Shown here: in pieces, positions 46,671 to 59,486 of the stretch
Position numbering within the stretch: the stretch's first letter is position 1
How the letters are laid out: every line of letters begins with the position of its first letter
Assembly: GCA_030390025.1 (NCBI GenBank)
Contig: JASTWF010000033.1
Location: 4,218,001 to 4,282,000 of the forward strand
Length of the DNA stretch: 64,000 nt
Source: Squalus acanthias
Lineage: Eukaryota
Reading direction: 5' to 3'
The notes under the pieces: model-generated
Databases searched by the model: none
The model's input: the letters and a program-made list of their open reading frames with translations, nothing else
What the model was told of the DNA's origin: nothing
Position numbers and translations under genes: made by a program

Positions 46671-48180
46671 GGCAGGCAGAGAGTTAGAGACAGACAGATC
46701 CAAACAAAGAGACAGAGACAGACTGGCAGTGACAGACAGACTGAAATACTCAGACGGATATAGCCAGAGAGACAGATACATACAGAGAGACCGGCAGACA
46801 GAGACACAGAAAGACAGAGATAGAGAAGCAGAAAGAGAAATAGACTCCGACAGACAGAGACAGACAGAGGTAGACACAGGGAATCAGACAGACAGACAAA
46901 GACAGAGATACACAGACGGACAGCGACACATTCAGCAACAGAAACTGACACAGAAAGTGAGAGAGAGAGAGACAAAGATAGACAGAGCCGGAGAGAGGGA
47001 GACAGAGACAAACAGAAATAGAGACAGTCACAGACAGACAGACGGAGACAGGCAGACAGCAGACAAATACAGCGACAGAAACTGACAGAGTGAAAGACAA
47101 ACACAGACAGAGCCAGAGAGAGGGACAGAGAAAGTCAGCTCGACATAGAGACAGAGACAGACAAACATAGACAGAGAAACAAACACAGAGACACAGACAG
47201 AGACACAGATTCAGATGGACAGACTGACAGCCAGATACCGACAGGCGACAGACATAAATTAGGACAGGGAAATAGACAGACGGGGACAGACAGGCAGCAA
47301 CAGAGACAAACAGATAGAGACACAAAGACAGAAAGAGCCACATAGAGAGGGACAGTGGGAGAAAGACAGGGGGAGATAGACAGACAGAGACACAGACGTA
47401 CCGTTGCAAATTAACAGAAACAGACACACAGACATGGACAGACAGCCAGGGAGAGATATGCAGAGACAGGAAGATAGGCAGGGACAGACTCAGACAGACA
47501 GAGACAACAGATGGAGAGAACCAGAGAGAGAGACCGATAGAGACAGAGACAGAGACATATTATAACAGATAAAGACAGACAGAGAGAAACAGAGAGACAA
47601 TCAGAGAGACACAAATAGAGAGGCAGACAGATACAGACAGAAAAACAGAGAGTTATAGACAGACAAACAGAGAGACAAAGAAACAGAAAGAGGTAGGCAG
47701 AGAAGGAAACAGGCAGATAGAGAAAGAATGGCATAGACAGGGACACAGACGGACAGAGACAGAGACAACGATAGAAACTGACAGAGAGAGAGGGACAGAC
47801 AGAGACACATAGACAGAATGAACAGATAGACAGAGAAAGAAACACAGATGGACAGAGAGAGTCCAACAGACAGACAGAAATATATGGTCAGACAAACAGA
47901 CAGATAGAGACACAGACAGATAGGGACACAGCCAGACTGAGACAGAGAGACAGCAACAAGGACAGACAGAGGGAGACAGATAGACCAACAGGGCCAGACA
48001 GAGAGGGAGAGACAGAAACAGAGAGAGGCAGACAGATGGAAATAGACATACAGAGAGAGTCAGATGAACTGAGACAGACAGACTCAGACAGGCAGAGTAC
48101 AGGCGGAGAGTGAAAGACTGACTGAGACAGACAGAAACTGAACAACACATTCAGACAGAGAGAGACACACAGGGACACAC
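46671..48180 (+). repeat. GA/GACA-rich low-complexity tract (macro-repeat copy)
   Basis: Purine-rich ACAG/AGAG text, collinear with 53990-55420. Confidence 0.9.
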
Positions 48181-48182
48181 GT

Positions 48183-49798
48183 ACATAGCATCATAGAAAT
48201 ATAATCATAGAAATTTACATTTCGGCCCCTCCTGTCCGCGCCTGCCGAAAAAGAGCTATCAATCCTAATTCCACTTTCTCGCTGTTGGTCCGTTGCCCTG
48301 TCGGTTACGGCAATTCAAGTGCACATCCAAGCAATTTTTAAATGTGATGAGGGTTCCTGCCTCTACCATCCTTTCAGGCAGTGAGTTCCAGACCCTCACA
48401 ATCCTGTGGCTGAAGACATTTCCCCTTGAAATCGCCTCGAAACCTTCCACCAATTACTTTAAATCTGTGCACCCTGGTTTTTGAACCCTCTGCTGAGGGA
48501 AATAGACCCTTCCTGCCCACTCTATCTAGGCCCCTCATAATTTTATACACCTCAATAAGGTCTCCCCTCAGCCTCCTCTGCTCCAAGGAAAACAAATCCT
48601 ACCTTTTCTAGTCTTTCCTCATAGCTAAGATTCTCTACTCCCGGCAACATCCTTGTAAAACTCCTCTGTACCCTCTCTAGTGCAATCACATATTTCCTGC
48701 ACTGTGGTGACCAGAACTGCACGCAGCACTCTAGCTGAGGCCTAACTAGTGTTTTATACAGTTGAAGCATAACAACCCTGATCTTGTATTCTATGCCACG
48801 GCTAATAAAGGCAAACATTCATATGCCTTCTTAAACACCTTATCTAACTGGCCTGCTATCTTTAGGGATCTTTGGACATGCACTCCCAGATCCCTTTATT
48901 CCTCTACACTTTTCAGTGTCCTGCCATTTAATGTGTATTCCCTTGCCGTGTTAGCCCTCCCCAAATGCATTACCTCCCACTTCTCTCGATTGAATAACAT
49001 TTGCCACTGTTCTGCCTACCTGACCAATGTATTGATATCTTGCTGCAGTCTACAGCTTCCTTCTGCAGTGTCAGCCACACAGCTGATTTTAGTATCATCT
49101 GCACACTTCTTAATCATATCTCCTATATTCAAGTCCAGATGATTGATATATACCACGAAAAGCAAGGGACCAAGTATTGAGCCCTGCGGAACCTGAATGG
49201 AAACAGCCTTCCAGTCACAAAAACACCCATTAACCAGTTACCCTCTGCTTCCTGTCTCCGAGCCAGTTTTGAATTTAACTTGACACTTTGCCCTGGACCC
49301 CATGGGCTTTTACTTTCGTGACCAGTCTGCCATGTGGGACCATATCAAAAGCCTTGCTAAAATCCATATACACTACAGCAAACGCACTACCCTCATCGAC
49401 CCTCCTTTTCACCTCCTCAAAAAATTCAATCAAATTAATCAGAGACGATCTTCCCTTAACAAATCCGTGCTGACTATCCTTGATTAATCCGTGTCTTTCT
49501 GAATGAAGATTTATCCTGTCCCTCAGAACATTTTTCAATAATTTTCCCACCACCCAGGTTAGACTGACTGGGCTGTAATTACTCGGTCTATCCCTTTCTC
49601 CCTTTTTAAACAAGGTAGAACGTTAGCAGTCCTCCAGATCTCTGGCACCACACCTGTAGCCAGATAGGATTAGAAAATGATGGTAAAAGCCTCTGCTATT
49701 TCCTATTTTGCTGCTCTTAATAACCTAGGATACATTTCATCCGGGCCTAGGGATTTATCCACTTTCAAAGCTGGTAAGTCCCGTAATACTTCCTCTCT
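48183..49798 (-). mobile_element. CR1 LINE RT plus 3' end
   Basis: [65 protein letters not shown]. Tail ATCATAGAA. Confidence 0.92.
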
Positions 49799-50628
49799 CA
49801 GTCTGCCTCTGTCAGGCACAGTCTTTCTGTTTCTCTCTGTCAGTCTCTTTCTGCGTGTCTGTCTCTGTCTGTTTGTCTGGCACAGTCTGTCTGTTTCTAT
49901 GTCTTTCTCCGTCTGCCTGCCTCTGTCTGTCTCACACACATACACACACACACACACGCACGCACACCCGCAAAAACACAGAAATAGACGGAGAGACAGA
50001 CAGACAGAGTCAGACAGACAGAGGCAGACAGACAGACAGAGAAACACACGCAACAAGAGACCGACAAAGAGATATAGACAAACTATGTCAGACAGAGGCT
50101 GACTGAGACTGACAGAAGAGACAGACAGCAGAAGACTGTTGACGTGACTGAATGAGACTGATGGAGAATTAGACAGACAATCAGAAAGATGCCGATAAAC
50201 CGACGGGGACAGAGAGACATGTAAATCCGGAGACACAGGCAGTGATACAGACAGACAGAGGCAGAGAGATACATAGATATGGAGAGACGGAGTGCGAGGC
50301 CAAGACAGAGAAACAGACAGCGACAGACAGAGATATACAGAGACAGATGAAGAGGCATAGACAGTGAGACAGAGAAACAGACAAAGACATACAGACAGAG
50401 ACAGCGAGACAGAGCTAGACACACAGGCAGAGAGATAGAGGCAGACAGAGACAAACTAAGTGACAGAGACAGAAAAATGAGACAGAAACAGGCAGTCAAT
50501 GACAGACAGACTTAGATAGTCAGACGGACATGGACAGAGAGACAGATACATAGAATGAAGCGACAGACAGAGATAGAGAGGTAGAAAAATAAATAGACTC
50601 AGATTGACAGAGCCAGACAGAGGTGGAC
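49799..50628. repeat. CT-rich then GA-rich low-complexity tract with (CA)n at the polarity switch
   Basis: TCTG-rich 49799-49931, (CA)n ~49933-49967, GACA-rich thereafter. Confidence 0.85.
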
Positions 50629-53245
50629 TCTTCTCTTCTTAGGCAGTCCCTCGGAACCGAGGATGACTTGCTCCCACACTGAAGATGAGTTCTCAGGTGA
50701 CTGATGAGTCCAATGCGGGACCTACAGTCTCTGTCACAGGGGGGGCAGACGGTGGTTGAAGGGGCGGGAGGGTGGGGTGCTTTGGTTGACGTGCGCTCCT
50801 ACCGCTATTTGCGCTTGGCTTCCGCTTACTCCCGGCGAAGAATCTCGATGTGTTCGGAGCCTTCCGGGATGCTTCACCTCCACTTTGAGTGATCTTTGGC
50901 CAGGGAATCCCAGGTGTCGAAGGAGGCTTTGAGGGTGCCCTTGAAGTGTATCCTCTGCACACCTGGGGCTCTCCTACCTTGTCGGAGCTCCGAGTAGAGC
51001 CCTAGTTTAGGGAGTCTCGTATCTGACATGCGGATGTTGTGGCCAGTCCATAGGAGCTGATAGAGCCTGGTCAAAGCTTCGATGCTAGGGATGTTGGCCT
51101 GAGCGGGAACATTGACGTTGGTGCGCCTATCCTGCCAATGGATTTGCAGGATCTTGCGGAGGCAGCGTTGGTGGTACCTCTCCAGTGCGTTGAGTTGCCT
51201 GCTGTACATGGTGCATATCTCTGAAGCATACAGGAGGGCGGGAGTCACCACTGCTCTGTAGACCATGAGCTTGGTGCCGGGTTTGAGGTCCTGGTATTCA
51301 AACACTCTCTTCCTCAGGCGACTGAAGGCTGCACTGGCACACTGAGTGCGGTGTTGGACTACGTCATCGACGTCTGACCTTGTTGACAGTGGGGTCCCGA
51401 GGTATGGAAAGTGGTCCACGTTGTCCAAGGCCTCGTCGTGGATTTTGATAATCGTGGGGCAGTACTGTGTGTCGGGGCAGGTCGGTAGAGGACCTTTGTC
51501 TTAAGGATGTTTAGTGTAAGGCCCATGCTCTCGAACGCTTCGGTGAAGGTTTTGAGGATGGTTTGGAGTTCGAACTCCGAGTGTACGCAGACAACGCGTC
51601 GTCTGCATACTGTAATTCGATGACAGAGGATGGAACGAACTTGGATCTGGACTGGAGGTGACGCGACGGAGGTTGAACAGTTTCCCGTTTGTTCTGTAGA
51701 TTAGCTCCACTCCAGCGGGGAGCTTATTAAGAGTGAGATGGAGCATTGCAGCCAGGAAGACCGAGAAGAGCGTTGGTGCGATGACACAGCCTTGCTTGGC
51801 ACCGGTCCATACGTTTATTGGGTCTGTGGTGGATCCGTTGGTCAGGATCACGGCTTGCATGTCGTTGTGAAGCAGGCGCAGGATGATGACAATCTCTTGA
51901 GGGCTGCCGAATTTGAGGAGGACACTCCGTAATCCCTCACGGTTGACAGTGTCGAAGGCCTTTGTGAGGTCAAAGAAGGCCATGTACAGCGGTTGGTGCT
52001 GTTCCCTGCATTTCTATTGTAGTTGACGTGCGGTGAAGATCATGTCCATTGTGCCCCTTAGTGTGCGAATTCCGCATTGTAACTCTGGTAGGAGCTCTTC
52101 ATCCACTGGGAGAAGGCAATTGATGAGGATTCTTGCGATGACTTTCCCTGTGGGAGACAGCAGGGAAACTCCTCTGTAATTACCGCAATCGGAATTGTCA
52201 CCTTTCTTTAAAAAGGTCAAGATTATGGCGTCTCTGTGATCCCCTGGCATGCTCTCCTCCTTCCAGATAAGCGAAATTAGTTAATGTATTTGCGTCAATA
52301 CTGCTTCTTCGCCATGCTTTAGTGCCTCGACGGGGGTTCCATCGGATCCTGTGGTCTTGTTGTTCTTCAGTTGTCGGATAGCGTTTTCAAACTCATGTCG
52401 GGCTGGGGTTGTACTGAGGTGGTGGCGGGTAGAATGCTGCGGGATGGATTTGCGCACACTCGCATTGAAGACAGAGTCTCGGTTTATGAGATCTTCGAAG
52501 TCCTCCTTCCAGCGGGCACTGACTGCCTCTCTGTCCTTGATGAGTACCTCTCCGTTCTTGACCCGCAATGGGGTAGGAACTTGGGTGAATGGGCCGGTGG
52601 TGGTCTTGACTGCGCTAAAGAATCCAAGCATGTCGTGGTTGCGGCTAGCTGCTGGGCCTCCTGCGCTTTCTCCACACATCATCTGTTCTTTAGGTGGCGA
52701 GTTTTTTTGGACCTCGGCCTTCAGGCGTCTGTGGAGCTTCTTTCTTTCTCTCGAGTTCTGTTGCTGGTTCCTGATCAGGAATGCCGTGCGCTTCCGGCTT
52801 ATTAGCTCCTGGATCTCCTGGTCATTCTCGTCGAACCAGTCTTGGTATTTCCTGGTCGATTGACCGAGCGTCTGTTCACAGGTGCTGATTATGGAGGCCT
52901 TGAGTGCAGACCAGGCGATGTGGGCACTCTGTGACTCTGGATCACTGGGAGTCGCCAGGTTGGTTGTGAGGCGCACGCTGAATAGGGCATTCTTAGCATG
53001 GTCTTTGTGTGCTCCAGCATTTATTTTCCTGCGGCATTGATGGAAATGACAGAGCGGATTAGGCGGTGGTCGGTCCAGCAGACGTCAGCTCCAGTCATGG
53101 CGCATGTGATGCGGACATCTTTTCGGGCCCTCGCTCGAATGAAGATGTCGTCCAGCAGATGCCAGTGCTTGGAGCGGGAATGTTGCCATGAAGCCTTGTA
53201 CTTGTCCCTCTGACGGAACAATGTGTTGGTTATGACAAGGCCATC
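50629..53245 (-). mobile_element. RTE-clade LINE relic (APE endonuclease C-terminus plus RT)
   Basis: HSRSKHWHLLD..DVCWTDHRL, QDWFDEND, KKGDNSDCGNYRGVSLL, AFFDLTKAFDTV, KQGCVIAPTLF, FPYLG, ALLYASE. 3' end has a (AAG)n-like tail. Confidence 0.92.
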
Positions 53246-56142
53246 GGTAGGCACAAAGAAAGAGACAGACAGACAAACAGACAGATGGACGCAAACCGCC
53301 CGAGACACAGACAGCAACAGGAACTGACAGAGAGAGAGACACCCTGAGAACAGAGCCGGAGAGAGGGAGACAGAGATAGACAGAAATAGAGACAGTCAGA
53401 GACAGACAGACAGAGACAGCAAAACAGAAAGAGACAGGCCGAGAGACAGAGACGGACAGACAAAGAAAGACTGAGACAGTGGAAAACTGAGCCTGAAAGA
53501 AAGTGAGAGAGAATGAGGCAGAAGGAGACTGAGGCAGACTGCGACAGACAATCAGACAGAGACAGAAAAACAGACAGAGACAGATAGACAGACAAAGCCA
53601 GAGACACAAGCAGAGAGACGGAGGCAGAGACATACAGAGATATACAGAGACAGAAAATGAGGCCAAGACAGAGACACAGAGAGACAGACAGACAGAGAAA
53701 CAGACAAAGACAGGCAGAGACAGATTGACAGCGATGGGGACAGCCAGAGAATGGAAGACTCAGAAAGACAGAGATAGAGAAACACAAAGAGGCAGAAAGA
53801 CAGACAGAGACACAAACGGAAAGTGATAGACAGTATAAACCAACAAACAAAATCAGACAGACAGAGAGGGAGAACGAGTGACATACAGAAGGATACAGAA
53901 ACGTCGACAGACAGAGATATGCAGAGACAGAGGGAGAGGCACAGTCAGAGTCATGGACAGACATACAGACAGAGAGACAGAGAGAGAGAAAAACTTAGAG
54001 ACAGAGACTGGCAAAGAGATAGAGACAGATAGAGACAAACAAAGAGAGACATGCAGACAGGCAGTGACAGACAGACTGAGATAGTCAGACGGACGTAGGC
54101 AGAGAGAGAGATACATACAGAGAGAACGGCAGATACAGAAAGACAGAGACAGACAGAGATAGAGAGGCAGAAAGAGCAATCGACTCAGAGTGACACAGCC
54201 AGACAGAGGTACACACAGAGAAAGAGACAGACAGAGAGAGAGAGAGGCAGATGGACAGAGAAACAGACAGTAACAGAAACTGACAGAGAGAGAGAGACAA
54301 CGACAGACAGAGCGGGAGAGAGGGAGACAGATACAGACAGAAATAGTGACAGTCATAGACAGACAGACTGACACAGGCAGACAGCAGTCAAAGACAGCGA
54401 CAGAAACAGACAGAGTGAAAGACAAAGACAGACAGCCAGAGAGAGGGACAGAGAAATACAGCCCGACAGAGAGACTGGGACAAACAGACATAGACAGAGA
54501 AACAAACACAGAGACACAGGCAGAGTTCAAATTTAGGTGAAGGGACAGACAGACAGATACAGACAGGCAGACAGAGATCCATTCCAAAGGGGGCATAGAC
54601 AGACAGAGACAGACTGATAGCAACAGAGACACAGAGAGAGACAGACACAAATACAGACAGCGCCAGAAAGAGAAGGACAGCGAGAGACAGAGAGGGGGAG
54701 ATAGACAAACAGAGACACAGACGTACAGTGGCAGACCAACAGAAACAGACAGACAGACATGGACAGACAGCCAGGGACAGACATGCAGAGACAGACAAAC
54801 AGGCAGGGACAGGCTCAGACTAACAGAGGCAACACATGGAGGGAAACAGAGAGAGAGAGAGATAAAGAGAGAGACAGAGACAGAGGCATGGGCGAACAGA
54901 TCCAGACAGATAGAGAGAAACAGAGAGACAGACAGAGAGACAGAGAGTGAAAAAGAAACAGACAGAGCTAGGCAGGGTAAGAAACAGTCAGATATAGACA
55001 GAATGACAGAGATACTGACACAGACGGGCAGAGACACAGACTGCGACAGAAACTGACAGAGAGAGAGAGAGAGAGAGAACAGAGAGAGACAGAGAAACGT
55101 AGACAGAATGAGACAGACAGACAGAAAACGAGACACAGATGGACAGAGAAAGACCAACAAACAGACAGAAATATGCAGACAGACAAACAGGCAGACAGAG
55201 ACACAGACAGACAGGGACACAGACAGACTCAGACAGTCAGACAGCAACAAGGGAAGACAGAGAGAGACAGAAAGACATGCAGAGCCAGACAGAGAGAGAT
55301 ACATAGGCAGAGATATGGAAATAGACATACAGAGACAGACAGATAGACAGAGACAGACAAACTCAGACAGGCAGAGCACAGACGGACAGACAGAGGAATA
55401 GACTCAGATTGATACAGCCAGACAAGGTAGACACAGAAAATGAAATAGATGGGAGACAGACAGTCAGAAAGTAAAAAGGGATGCAGACGGATAGAGACAA
55501 AGGCAGCAACAACAACAGACAAAGAGAGAGAGAGAGAGTGAGAGAGACAAAGAATGACAGAGACGGACAGAGAGACACAGAGATAGACATACAGACTAAG
55601 ACAGGCACACATCAGACAAAGACAGCGGCAGAAACTGAAACTGAATGACGAAGACAGACAGCTCCAGAGAGAGACACCGAGATAGACAGACACAGACAGG
55701 GAATCAAACTCAGAGAAAAAGATAGGCTGACAGAGACACATTCAGACGGGGGCACAGACGGACAGAGACAGAGACAAAGACGGACAGTGACAGACCAATA
55801 GAAACAGACACGCAGACACGGACAGACAGACAGGGACAGACATGTAGAGACAGACAGGCAGTGTCAGATTCAGACTGAGAGAGACAACAGAGCTAGAGAA
55901 CCAGTGATAGAGAGAGAGAAAGAGAAATAGCTCCAAAGAGTGAGAGACAGACATGGAAATAGACAGACAGAGACTCAGGCAACCAGACAGAGATAGACCA
56001 ACATACACAGAGAAAGAGACGGTCAGACCGACAGATACAGACAAAGATGCAGACAGACAGACAGATACAGACAGACAAGACTCAGTCTGAGAGCCAGATT
56101 TAGACAGCGAAACAGAGACAGACAGAGACAGAGAGACATAGT
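53246..56142 (+). repeat. GA/GACA-rich low-complexity macro-repeat
   Basis: Purine-rich ACAG/AGAG text with blocks homologous to 46700-48170. Confidence 0.9.
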
Positions 56143-56149
56143 TCAAATT

Positions 56150-56295
56150 TATTTGCTACCAGACACCATCCTGCTATCCCACGCCGTAATCGTGAACATC
56201 TTCAAGAAAGGTGACAAATCCGATTGCGGTAATAGCAGAGGAGTTACCCTGCTGCCTGCCACAGGTAAAGTCATCGGAAGAATCCTACTTAATCA
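56150..56295 (+). mobile_element. Short RTE LINE RT fragment
   Basis: AVIVNIFKKGDKSDCGNSRGVTLL..GKVIGRILLN, homologous to ORF 52014-52250 on the opposite strand. Confidence 0.8.
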
Positions 56296-56317
56296 CAATG
56301 GCCCCTTTAAATTTTCT

Positions 56318-58380
56318 TTCAATATAACAGTCATTAGCAATGCAATAGAGCATTACAATTGAATATCACTTTGCAATATATTCGTCATTTGCAATGCAAT
56401 AGAACATTGCAATTGAATTGCACTTTGCAATATAAAAGTCATTTCCAATGCAATGGAACATTGCAATGGAATATCACTTTGCAATATAATAGGGCTTTGC
56501 GGTGAAATATCCCTTTGCAATGGCATCTGACTTTGCAATATAATATTCATTTGCAATGCAATTGCATATTACAATGGAATATCACTTTGTAATCTAACAG
56601 TTATTTGCAGTGCAATAGTACATTGCAACCTAATATAACATTGTAATATAATAATTATTTGCAATGCAATGGCACATTGCACTAAATTCTGAAGTTGCAA
56701 TATAATAGTGATTTGCAAAGCAATAGAACATTGCAATGAAAGATCACATTGCAATATAATACTTATTTGCAATGCAATACCACATTGCAATGTAAAATCA
56801 CTGAACAATATCGTAGTTATTTCTAATGCATTCCAACATTGCAATGGAATATCACTTTGCAATATGAAAGCTATTTGCAATTCCATAAAACATTGCAATG
56901 GAATATTGCTTTGCAATATAATAGACATTTACAATGTAATATCATGTTTTAATGGAAATTACTTTGCAATATAATAGTCATTTACAATGCAATGGCACAT
57001 TGCAGTGGAATATTAGTTTGCAAAATGAAATTCATTAGCAATGCAATACACCATTGCAAATGAATATCGCTTTACAAAACGATCGTCATTTGCAATGCAG
57101 TAGAATATTGCAATGGAATATTAGTTTGCAATAGAATTGTCATTTGCAATGTAATAGCATATTGCAATGGAATATCGCTTTGCAATATAACCGTCATTTG
57201 CAATGCAACAGAACATTGCAATGGAATATCGCTCTGCAATATAATCATCATTTGCAATGCGATAGAACATTGCAATGGAAGATTACTTTGCAATACAATA
57301 GACATTTAAAATGCAATAGCACATGCAATGGAATATCATTTTGCAATAAAATCGTTATTTGCAAAGCAATAGCACATTTTAATCAAATGTCGCTTTGCAA
57401 TATAATAGTCATTTGCAATGAAATAGCACATTGCAATGGAATATCACTTTGTAATATTATAGTCAATTCCAAGGCAATAGAACATTGCAATGAAATATTA
57501 CTTTGCAACATACCAGTCATTTACAATACTATAGCACATTGTAATGCAATGTCTCTTTGCAATATAATAGTCTTTTGCAATGAAATAGCACATTGCAATG
57601 GAATATAACTTTGTCATATTATAGTTAATTCCAAGGCAATAGAACATTTCAATGGAATATCACTTTGCAATATAATAGTCATTGGCAATGCAATAGAAAA
57701 ATGCAATCCGATATCACTTTGCAATATAATTGTCACTTGCAATGCAATAAAACATTGCAATGGCTTATTACTTTGCAATATAATAGTCATTTGCAATCTA
57801 ATAGCACATTGCAATGGACTATCGCTTTGCAATATGATCGTCATTTGCAATGTAATAGCACATTGCAATGGAATGTCGCTTTGCAATATAATCATCATTT
57901 GCAATGCGATGGAACATTGCAATGGAATATTACTTTGCAATATAATAGTCATTTGCCATGCTATAACACCTTGCAATGGAATAGCACTTTGCAATATAAC
58001 TGTCATTTACAATGCAATAGCACATTGTAATGCAATGTTGCTTTCCAATATCATCATCATTTGCAGTGCAATAGTACATTGCAATGGAACATCACTTTGC
58101 CAATATAATAGTCATTTGCAATGCAATAGAACATTGCAAAGGAATATCGCTTTGCAATATAATAGACATTTACAATGTAATATCACGTTGCAATGGAATA
58201 TCATTTTGCAATATAATATCATTTACAAGGCAGTAAAACATTTCAATTTAATATCACTTTGCAATATAATAGTCAGTTGCAATGCAATAGCATATTGCAA
58301 TGTAATATTACTTTGCAATGTCATTGTCATTTGCAATGCAATAACCCATTCCAGTGGAATATTACTTTGCAATATAATTG
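56318..58380. repeat. AT-rich satellite, 54-bp monomer of three 18-bp TTGCAAT-containing subunits (left block)
   Basis: Consensus TTTGCAATATAATAGTCA TTTGCAATGCAATAGCAC ATTGCAATGGAATATCAC. Translation has an 18-aa period (LCNIIVICNAIAHCNGIS). Confidence 0.95.
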
Positions 58381-59486
58381 TGATAGATTCGAATTTGGTG
58401 AAACTCTAGATGGAAACGGAATTGAGGACAGGAACAAAATTTATTAAAACATCTAAGAGAGACTTGTGCACAAGGAGAGCCACCCAGTTTCCTGAAGCTT
58501 GAGGTGCACTCACAAAGGAAATACGACGGTTCATTCAAGATATACAGTTCTATAAGCAATGCCCACTTACTACAGAATGGGAGTGTACACTTACAAACAA
58601 CGTCACCACAGTTACTCTTTATTGGTTTTGGTGTTTAGTCACTCAACTGTTGGGCCCATCCCCTGAACTCAGGTGCCCCCCCCCCCTGCCCATGCTGGAC
58701 ACAGATGTTGGGAGTAACCCTACCTCCACATTCCTGTTGTTATCTCTTCCTCGCTATAAGCATAGTTTATTGTTCGAGAGGACCGGTTTTACCCTTAACT
58801 GCCGAACAAGCACAAAGCCACAGTGATTCATGTGTCCAGCGAACTCGTAACATGTTTGATAATTGGTACCCTTATCTCCTGGGATGACAGGTATTGCTTG
58901 GACAGTGACTCCACTAAGGCGCTGTTTATAAAACCCCGAAGTTTAATTAGTGAAGAGACGCCTTGCAGCCTGCAAAAGTGCCTTTTCCTTGCATTTTAAG
59001 ATCCCCTTATCACTTTTACTGGTCTTTGATGTTCGATATTCGACCTCGCTTACATCCTTGCTATCTGTTCACAGCTGCATGTTGTCAGTCTCCGATTTAT
59101 TTAAGCCCCATCTTTGAATCTACAGCTATTCCTTACAAGTGCCTTTTTTACGAGAGGGTTAAACATAGTGAAGTACCCCAGAATTCTTTGGGCCCAGGGG
59201 CCGTGTAGCCTGATCCTGCTCCTATTTCATGTGTCCAATTCTGTTAGTTTCAGGAGATGTTTCTGTGATAGTAGATTGGCGGTTATGATTAGATCAGCCT
59301 TGATCTCATTGAATGGCGGAGCAGGCTCGAGGGGCCAATTGGCCTACTCCTGCTCCTATTTCTGATGTTATAATGTTCTTATAACAAGCTGAACCTTTCA
59401 GTGAGTTATTTCTTAGTTACCTTCTTTGGGAGGGTTAAACCTAGCCAAGTATCCCAGAATTCTTTGGGAACTAGCTGGATCCTTCG
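58381..59486 (-). mobile_element. 1.1-kb insertion in satellite, probable solo LTR
   Basis: Begins TG, ends CG (CA expected). Flanked by ATTG/ATAG (imperfect 4-bp duplication). Minus-strand AATAAA at ~58440 and ~58618. Internal 40-bp direct repeat. No coding signal. Confidence 0.55.
59277..59385 (+). mobile_element. CR1 3' tail inside the LTR-like insert
   Basis: GATCAGCCTTGATCTCATTGAATGGCGGAGCAGGCTCGAGGGGCC..GGCCTACTCCTGCTCCTATTTC matches the tail at 35812-35899. Confidence 0.85.

Noticed and set aside
46547..56146. Cys/Leu/Ser/Val-rich ORFs up to 508 aa
   Set aside because: Translations of CT/GA low-complexity DNA, open in multiple frames.
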